A stretch of 64,000 nt of DNA. Source: Tubulanus polymorphus. Its lineage: Eukaryota; Animalia; Nemertea. Below the pieces are notes generated by a model. It was not told the DNA's origin, did no database searches, and saw only the letters and a list, made by a program, of their open reading frames with translations. Of the stretch, positions 56,057 through 64,000 are shown in pieces (within the stretch, counting starts at the first letter, position 1; every line of letters starts with the position of its first letter). The position numbers were made by a program, and so were the translations under genes. The stretch is taken from assembly GCF_964204645.1 (NCBI RefSeq), contig NC_134029.1:21694950-21758949 (forward strand), given 5' to 3'.

Positions 56057-56373
56057 TCATAATGGTTCATCATCATCATGAGGAACCATTGTTGGGTGTT
56101 GATTACTGATACATGAATGATCTACCGATGGAATTATTGAATTCACAGCTTGTTTCACTAATTCTATATGTAATGATCTTTCCTCTAGTTGTTCAGTTCT
56201 ATCTCTCCTGACGCCAGCAACACGACCATCGTCAATTTGAGTTGAGGTTTTTTGACAATCAATTGCTCTATATTGACATCGGGATCTGTTCCAGCCGTAC
56301 AATTTGTCTTGTGATTTTCTAGTTTCTCTTCTGTTTCGCTACACTTTCCGCAGCAATAAAACACGCAGTCCAT
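56057..56373 (-). pseudogene. Frameshifted copy of the 105-aa ORF at 62198-62515
   Basis: One base shorter than copy 2 at ~56246-56253 (ggtttttt vs tattttttt), which splits the ORF across two frames. Confidence 0.4.
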
Positions 56374-57219
56374 TGCAATAAAATTGGTTCAATTCAATAA
56401 ATGTGTGAATACTCCACTACCTAGGACATTCTGCTCCCTCGAACTAACTGCTCCCTCATTTCACTTCAGTCTTTTAAAACTTGTGAACAGTAAATGAATA
56501 CTTATTTACAAATATTCTGTTGATTGTCTATTGTAGGTCATTGATTGTGTTCTGATGAAGATTTTCTGAGATACAACTCAGGATTTCTTTAGAATTAGAA
56601 GTTATACGTATTAAATTGAATGAGTTCAACATGCACAGAATGAATTGTTGTTATATCATGGTCAGTTTGAAAAACGGATGAAACATGAATTGAAAAGTCA
56701 ATCCAATGAAGAAACTAATTGACATTAAATAAAATGGCGTTTGGAGAGAGGATTGGTTTCGAGTGAATGGCGACGTTTAGAATCAATTCTATAAGATTGC
56801 ATTCTCAAATGTTTTGATACTCCCTCAGTTTGCATCAGAAATAGTACAAATCTTTGGTCCAGAAAAAAAAATATTATTAACCGACAGCATAAAATCGTAC
56901 AGACGCATCAACCTATTTGATTTAAGTTGTGAAACATTGAAAACTGAAAAAGAGCGTCACTGAATTGAATGTTTCCTACTTTATCACCAATTTCCTAAAT
57001 ACCGAATTTTCTCATAAGATAGCATTAGTACAAGTAAGCAGTAGTACAATTTAATACCAATAATAATTTCGGGAAAAAATGTCGAACCCCAACTCATCGT
57101 GGAGTTGCTAAAATTTGCAGTTTATGTATTAGATTGAGTACCGCATAACACCGAACCTAGGAGCCAAACAAAATCGGTGACAGCGTGTCGTGTCCGATCG
57201 AAAAACGAACAGCTAGTTC

Positions 57220-59663
57220 TTATGCTCTACAACGTAACAATAACTTCATTTGTTCTTTGAAGTTTCTACTGTACACGTAATAAAATATGCCGTTTACAGC
57301 GGAATTCAGGGCTTGAAAAGTCTCATTCAGGAGTAATATCCACCAAGTGATAGACCATGGAAAATAAAGTTTAAGAACATTGTATAACATATCAGGGGTG
57401 ACTGACACCATGAATAAAGTTGATGCGACAAATACCATTCTGTGTGCCGTTACATCTTGTTTATTTTGTTTACTTGTTTCTGTACCGGTCAATTGTTTCC
57501 TATTCTTAGCGTGAATTCGTAGTTTAATTAACATGATGAAGTTAAACAGTGGTACAAGAGCGAATGGCAGGTATGTAGAGAAAATATTTTGTAATAAATA
57601 CGAATACCTGGGCGGATCGTGAACTGTTTTAGCACCGAGGACAGTGAGGCCGTATGAACATGTCTTTTTGACATACGCAACAACTCGGTCTTGTGTATGG
57701 GCGGCCATTCCCGCCAAAAATCAGCGTTTCGTCTATTTTTCTGTACTTCGACAAAATGTCATAGTACACCGCCAAAATGTGTTAGCGTAACGTCAAATTG
57801 TGTAATGCGGCTAAATAACACAGGAGGGCGACACTGTACGGACAGTATTTTGCGGTATTTTTCTCGCATTGCGATCATCTCAAGGTCGTTTTATTGAAAT
57901 AATTTTGCGAGTATCAAATCGACAAATCGTATCATATTCCCCAAACCCAATAAAATGATTTTATTGTTACTTTAGTTTGTTAATACTATAATATATAGTA
58001 ATAATGTACGGTAAAATAGCGGAAGTAAATACTTTGCCGTAAACCTATGGAAGCCCTGAGACGACATCTTGAGTTCATGAGTTCCGAGTTCATAACTTCC
58101 TGAGTTCTCAAGTTCATGAGTTCGTCTAATGAAAAAAGCCTGCGATACCGAAACGTCGAATGTAAACACGATGCTCTATCAAAGACCCGCGTCTCAGGCT
58201 CAGACGACACTGAATAACCAGCGATTAATGGTATGTTGAAGGGCGCCTCCGTTCCTCCTCTGGTAGGTAGCTCGGATTTTCTGTGCGCGGGCTAGAGAGA
58301 AGGGTGACTCCGATTAACCGGTGACTCTCGATGAATCTGCTCAGGTTTTAATGATGAAAAAGATAACAAACGCTCGTTATGAGAAATTTTTAAACATCTA
58401 TTTATTTTCTATAAACCATTAAGAAAGCTGATGTCTGATGATAGACTGGTTGCCGGTCGACTTCATATGACTGCCAGTGCAGAATTGGGCACAGTCAACC
58501 AGTCTTGGTTGATGCTGGACATCATTTTTTTAGTTAATTCATGACGTAATCGGATTTAACATCCTTATAATAGGATTCTTTATGTCGCATAATTTCATAG
58601 TGTTGTACATGCCCAAATAAACTCGAAATATCTTCACCAAGAATCTTAGTGTCTGATGTACCACAGTTGTACCACAGTTGGTTACACTAGGATCGTAGAG
58701 CGACGGACATCACTGGTGGAGACAACCACTGCCAGTGCTGGGTGAAGAAATATCATAAACTCTGGAAGTTATGAACTTGGGAACTCATGAACCCAAGGTG
58801 TCGTCTCAGGGCTTCCATATAGGGCCTCCATACCTGAGACGACATCTTGAGTTTATGAGTTCCGAGTTAACTAATAAAGTAATAATAAATTCATTTTATT
58901 GGGTTTAGGGAATATGATACGATTTGTCGATTTGATACTCGCAAAATTATTTCAATGAGACGACCTTGAGATGATCGCAAAGCGAGAAAAATACCGCAAA
59001 ATACTGTCCGTACAGTGTCGCCCCCTGTGTTATTTAGCCGCATTACACAATTTGACGTTACGCTTACACATTTTGGCGGTGTACTATGACATTTTGTCAA
59101 AGTACAGACAAATAGACGAAACGCTGATTTTTGGCGGGAATGGCCGCCCATACTTGTGTGCGATATGAAGATACTCCACTCCAAATGAGAATCCAAAAAG
59201 TTGAAAATGCATAACAATGTTTAAGATTCCAATATCTCTTAGCTTTCAGGGGAAAACAAATGTGAAATGCTCGGTCGAACGTCACTAGTAAGGTCAGACT
59301 GTTACGAATGTAAGATCCCCATTTTAATATGAGATTACCGGCTATATAAAGTTCAGGAGCTCCCAGATTACCGTGTAAATAGAATCCTGTTTTTCCATGG
59401 CGAATTAGTTTCAAAACCCAAGTAAGATGGTTATACATAACGGTTCCAATGCAACAGACAATATCAAAAACAGCCAGTAACAGTAAGATGAAATGCGAAG
59501 TCGCGGAACTATTCATTTTATGTAGTCGATATAACACAACTATGGTAACTGAGTTTGTAATGACGCCGAACCATCCGATCGGTCCTATCACAGTCGCTGC
59601 AACAAGGTTCCAAACTACGCGATCGTGAGTCAGGCATTTCTTCACGACTGTGGCGTTTAACAT
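57220..59663 (-). pseudogene. Intronless rhodopsin-class GPCR (FMRFamide/peptide-receptor-like), disrupted by a transposon in ECL2
   Basis: The N-half gives MLNAT..GWFGVITNSVTIVVL (TM1), LLLLAVFD (TM2), TFDRAFHICFPLKAK (TM3/ICL2) and TM4. The C-half gives YLPFALVPLFN (TM5), FMVSVTP (TM6) and NSAVNGIFY (TM7). Removing 57695-59157 restores SSYRTQDRVVAY and a 326-codon ORF. Confidence 0.9.
57695..59153. mobile_element. 1459-bp non-autonomous DNA transposon, ~280-bp TIRs, 4-bp TSD TTGT
   Basis: ttgt|gtatgggcggccattcccgccaaaaatcagc ... gctgatttttggcgggaatggccgcccatac|ttgt; no long internal ORF. Confidence 0.92.
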
Positions 59664-61421
59664 ATTGTGTGATGGTAAAGAGGTAATGGTTGATGCTGCG
59701 CACCCGTAGAACACGCCTTCAATTCTAGAATAGTAGTTTGCGTAGAACGAGCAAATTACATAGAAAAATACCGTGTCGTTCTTAATGATATACCACAGAT
59801 AGCAGTCGGGTGCGAGGAGGCAAATACACACCTTATATACACGAAAATATTTCAATAAGGCCATCGGTTATATAAAAATTCTTATAATATCATTTACGAA
59901 ATAAATCTTAACACCTTGCTTATCTCGACCCCACAAAAAATCTATTATCCGTTTCTTTATGCGTACATGTATACCTCAAAATTAAACTTACTTCGGCATT
60001 GGGTGTGAAAAATGATCGCTCTCAAGGATTATAAGTGATCTTAGGGGTGATCTTAAGTTCGGAATGATGGATAAGACAGTAGATTGAAACGGTTCTCTTT
60101 CGTTTTTACAACTGTGGGTATAGGGATCTCAGTGGAGAGATATAAGACTCAATGCATCAATTATTTGAAGATGAAATTAGGAAGAAAAAACTGCATCGTT
60201 TATGATATTGATATCATTCTTTGTATCAAATTGTATGAATCAGTTGCAGTGGAAATTTGAATAAAAACCTTGAAATACCTTGCATGATATATTAAAAGCT
60301 AGTAATTTTATTATTGAATAATGTAAGTCATTATTATAAGGCTAAAAATGATACCTTGTTTTTCCTGATCAGTCGGGTCATTTCATAAATCAACGAAATT
60401 TGTAATCAGTTAATTTCTATCTGCTGGGTCTGTTATGGTTAGCTTGATCATGGTTTTAAAGTAATACCTTGGTAGATAGGTGGCTGGCCGGGTCAAATTT
60501 TAAAGAGTAAAAATGTAAATCAGATTGATTCATTAAATCTTACGCTTTCCAGAGTATTTGGCCAGGTTTATCTCTGGTTTTAGTGCGGGGAGCCATGGAC
60601 TTGAGAGTCCATGGTTGTGGGCCAAAGATGTTTCTGTTTTGAGTCTATGGTTGGACCATGGATGTATAAACTCTAGTTTATAGTTTATACGTCCATGGTT
60701 GGACTGTTTTTGAAATACAGTCCACGTGTTTGAGGAGCTTATACGTTATAATTCCTCGAGCACAAACCTGGCATTTTGTATAATTGTTGTACACTGTATG
60801 AGAATAAATATGATTGAAATTTTTTATCGGTTTAGCTACTCTGAACTTTGTTAGTTCACCAGTCAGTGGTTTTTTTTTGTTATCTTGCAATCCACCTCTT
60901 TTTTCAACCCAATATTCCCACCAACGCTGTGCGGAGACGAGGATGTCCGGAAAACATGATAATCGAATATTGGCAATACAGCTTACCACTTCAATCCGGA
61001 CACACTAACACTTGTTGACCGGTTAGAAGCGAGTGTTGAGCTGCTGAAGAGTAATTACGAAATTAGCAATCTTTTTGATTGTCACTATAGCCATCAGGGG
61101 CGGATCCAGACCGTATTACCCAATACATTGTTTGTACGGTCTAAAATTTAAGTGCCCTTCGGCAATATTTTGTGACGGCATATATATTTCACCACCCGCT
61201 AATTTGATATTTCCACTGATGACCGGTTTGATTTTTATATACAGAAGCAGAGTCCTGAATAGTTAACTTTGCCTTTAAAACTGGCACCCAGTATCCTTCT
61301 TTTGGTGTTAACATTACATGATTAATTACATAAGATTTGTGTTTCTCTTGTAAAAATCATTGTTTTTATTTTCTTCATGCTTTCGGTAAATGTAACCGAT
61401 GACCTCCTGGTCGTCTCTAAA

Positions 61422-62197
61422 GTTCGAACCCAGTAATTACTGATACTGGTTCGGAGTTGCCCTGATGCTGAATAGAGGATGTACGGGGGTGTCCTGGGTT
61501 CAAACCCAGTAATTACTGATACTGATTCGGAGTGATACTGATGCTGAATAGAGGATGTACAGGGGTATCCCGGGTTCAAACCCATCAATGACTGTGATTC
61601 AGAGTGGTCCTGATGGATAAAGGATGAACAGGGGTGTCCCGGGTTCGAACCCAGTAATTACTGATACTGGTTCAGAGTGGTACTGATGCTGAATAGAGGA
61701 GTTCAGAGTCTTCCTGATGCTGAATAAAGGAAGTACAGGGGTGTCCCGACCGTACAGTGCTGCCGCAATGCTCATCGTTAGCGGGATTTTCATACACTAA
61801 CTAAAGTCAACTCTGGCAATCGACGTGCTGTCCAGTTATACTCCGTGACCTTAGCTTGCCAGAGTTGACTAACGTTAGTGTATAAAAATCCCGCTAACGA
61901 TGAGCATAGAGGCAGCACCGTACGGTAAAATGTTGATATCTTAACAAAAGAAATTACTGATAACTGATTCAGAGCGGTACTGATGCTGAATAAGGGATGT
62001 ACGGGGATGTCCCGGGTTCGAACCCAGTCATTACTGATACTGATTCAGAGTGGCCCTGATGCTGAATAAGGGATGTACGGGGATGTCCCGGGTTCGAACA
62101 CAGTAATTACTTATACTGATTCAGAGTGGTCCTGATGCTGAATGGAGGATGTACGGGGGTGTCCCGGGTTCAAACCCAGTAATTACTGATACTGATA
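61422..62197 (+). repeat. Shorter copy of the 76/69-bp tRNA-like minisatellite with one foldback
   Basis: Same units as 53896-56056. Confidence 0.93.
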
Positions 62198-62515
62198 TCA
62201 TAATGGTTCATCATGATGATGATGAACCATTGTTGGGTGTTGATTACTGATATATGAATGATCTACCGATGGAATTATTGAATTCACAGCTTGTTTCACT
62301 AATTCTATATGTAATGATCTTTCCTCTAGTTGTTCAGTTCTATCTCTCCTGACGCCAGCAACACGGCCATCGTCAATTTGAGTTGATATTTTTTTGACGA
62401 TAAATTGCTCTATATTGACATCGGGATCTGTTCCAGCCGTACAATTTGTCTTGTGATTTTCTAGTTTCTCTTCTGTTTCTCTACACTTTCCGCAGCAATA
62501 AAACACGCAGTCCAT
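62198..62515 (-). CDS. Hypothetical 105-aa protein, Cys-rich N-terminus (MDCVFYCCGKC), His/Asp-rich end
   Basis: Intact ATG-to-TGA ORF in copy 2; no homology recognised. Confidence 0.35.
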   Translation of the reverse strand: MDCVFYCCGKCRETEEKLENHKTNCTAGTDPDVNIEQFIVKKISTQIDDGRVAGVRRDRTEQLEERSLHIELVKQAVNSIIPSVDHSYISNQHPTMVHHHHDEPL

Positions 62516-64000
62516 TGCAATAAAATTGGTTCAATTCAATAAATGTGTGGATACTCCACCACCTAGGACATTCTGCTCCCTCGAACTAACTGCTCCCTCA
62601 TTTCACTTCAGTCTTTTAAAACTTGTGAACAGTAAATGAATACTTATTTACATATATTATGGTTGTCTATTGTAGGTCATTGATTGTGTTCTGATGAAGA
62701 TTTTCTGAGATACAACTCAGGATTTCTTTAGAATTAGAAGTTATACGTATTAAATTGAATGAGCTCAACATGCACAGAATGAATTGTTGTTGTATCATGG
62801 TCAGTTTGAAAAACGGATGAAACATGAATTGAAAAGTCAATCCCGGTTTAATTGTTAGTATATGTATATTGGTTTAATTTCAGAAAGTAACGCCAATCAC
62901 GAATCAAAGAGATTAACGAATCCAGCATTAATCATCATGAAATTAGATTCCAAATTACAAACGGTGAAACTCCTTGATTCTGATGCAGTGATGAGAGCTG
63001 GAATTTAGTTCAAATAGTTTAAGGAGTTTAAAGAGCTGGAATTTATGGATAACTGCACGAGCGAGTATGCAATTGGAATTGAGATATTGAATAAGATTTT
63101 GTACTAGAAGTGGACAATAAATATAGAATGGCATTAAAAAAGAGTTTGTCGTGATGGATTTTATACTCAATTTCTAGCAAAAATCATTTTTGGTCCATGA
63201 GGCGATGAAAATATTGCGAATATCCAGATGATCTGAATCACTGGTGTTACTCAAGTCTGTCCCAATTCTGTCTGTATCGAGAATATAAGTAGAGATGTTG
63301 CGGTGGATCCAAATATCTGATCTCACAAAACACTGACATGGAGTTCAAGTATTGTAAACTTTATTCAGACTTTAGTGATTTTCACATCATCATAAACACA
63401 ACAATTCACTGAATATATTTCACATACGGTTGATTAAGAAAGCAGTCCCCTTCGGCCAAGTTCCTTCAGAATGACTCTCACAGCTGAGCCCTTTTCTTAC
63501 CTACAAAATGAATAAGTATTAATTCAGTTGTCTGTATGAATTTCGAGTAAATATCAGCGGATTATTTCGATAATTACAGGAATTAATGCCTTTTCTTCGG
63601 TCTTTGAATTTCCTTTTGTTTGCTGATTACATTTATGGTTCATGATTTTTCAGTGCGATTTTTATATTACTCCTAGTTTCGCTTATTCGATGAGAGGCCA
63701 TTTTAACCCGGAAGTAACTCGATACTGACATGTTTGACATGCATCGAAAATGTAAAATGGAGGATGGGATCAACCGGTCTCTTACTGAAGGTAGAGACCG
63801 GCAACCAGTCTATCACTGCATCCTCGCTTGCCAGAGGCCGGTATCGCTCCTGAGGTTCGGGGAAGCTTCGGCATATGATGGTGGTTCGGCTGAACTGAGA
63901 ACCCCTCCTTCGCCCCGCGTGCGTAATATGGAGGCGTAATATGGAGATACGTTTTGTAAGTTTGGTTCTCTTTTATTCATCCCTGTACCAGCCTCATGTG

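Larger units (their letters stand above)
52699..56704 (+). repeat. Direct segmental repeat, copy 1 (~4.0 kb)
   Basis: Runs from tcaaattgtttgaatcagttgcagtgg to gaattgaaaagtcaatcc. Near-identical to 60226-62843 apart from SNPs, small indels and minisatellite length. Confidence 0.95.
60226..62843 (+). repeat. Direct segmental repeat, copy 2 (~2.6 kb)
   Basis: Collinear with 52699-56704; the minisatellite is shorter and holds one foldback. Confidence 0.95.

Noticed and set aside
57691-59157. Transposon acting as a self-made intron (Introner-like): on the GPCR strand it starts with GTATGG and the TSD creates ACAAG
   Set aside because: Splicing caa|gtatgg to acaag| deletes 1 nt and frameshifts, and the next AG also frameshifts. 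Only a weak AAG 27 nt into the C-half is in frame. Unsupported without RNA data.
59664-59864. Extended GPCR N-terminus from ATG 59864
   Set aside because: The frame is open but the peptide is not receptor-like. MLNAT at 59663, with an N-glycosylation sequon, gives a typical length. Not fully excluded.
52699-62843. LTR retroelement with two LTRs
   Set aside because: No TG..CA ends, TSD, PBS/PPT or gag/pol sequence.

Overview
AT-rich animal genomic DNA with GT-AG spliceosomal introns, most consistent with an invertebrate (the taxon is inferred, not determined). The first ~39.7 kb is gene-dense. It holds the 3' end of an unidentified Ser/Pro-rich gene, a 25-exon ADAMTS7/12-like metalloprotease (+), PAM16 (-; missed by the ORF track), an MGAT4A/B-like GlcNAc transferase (+) and a FAM227-family gene (-) with an RFX X-box upstream, plus several MITEs. 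The rest is repeat-rich, with two satellite arrays (~163 and ~116 bp units). A direct duplication (52.7-56.7 kb and 60.2-62.8 kb) carries a tRNA-like 76/69-bp minisatellite, embedded 178-bp foldbacks and a small Cys-headed ORF. The two copies flank an intronless peptide-receptor-like GPCR that is cleanly interrupted by a 1459-bp long-TIR element with a 4-bp TSD. Several 20-41-bp CATRGA-type palindromes with 7-bp direct flanks look like P-superfamily excision footprints. I saw no CRISPR array, rRNA or intact tRNA. Exon boundaries were read by eye and may be off by a few bases.
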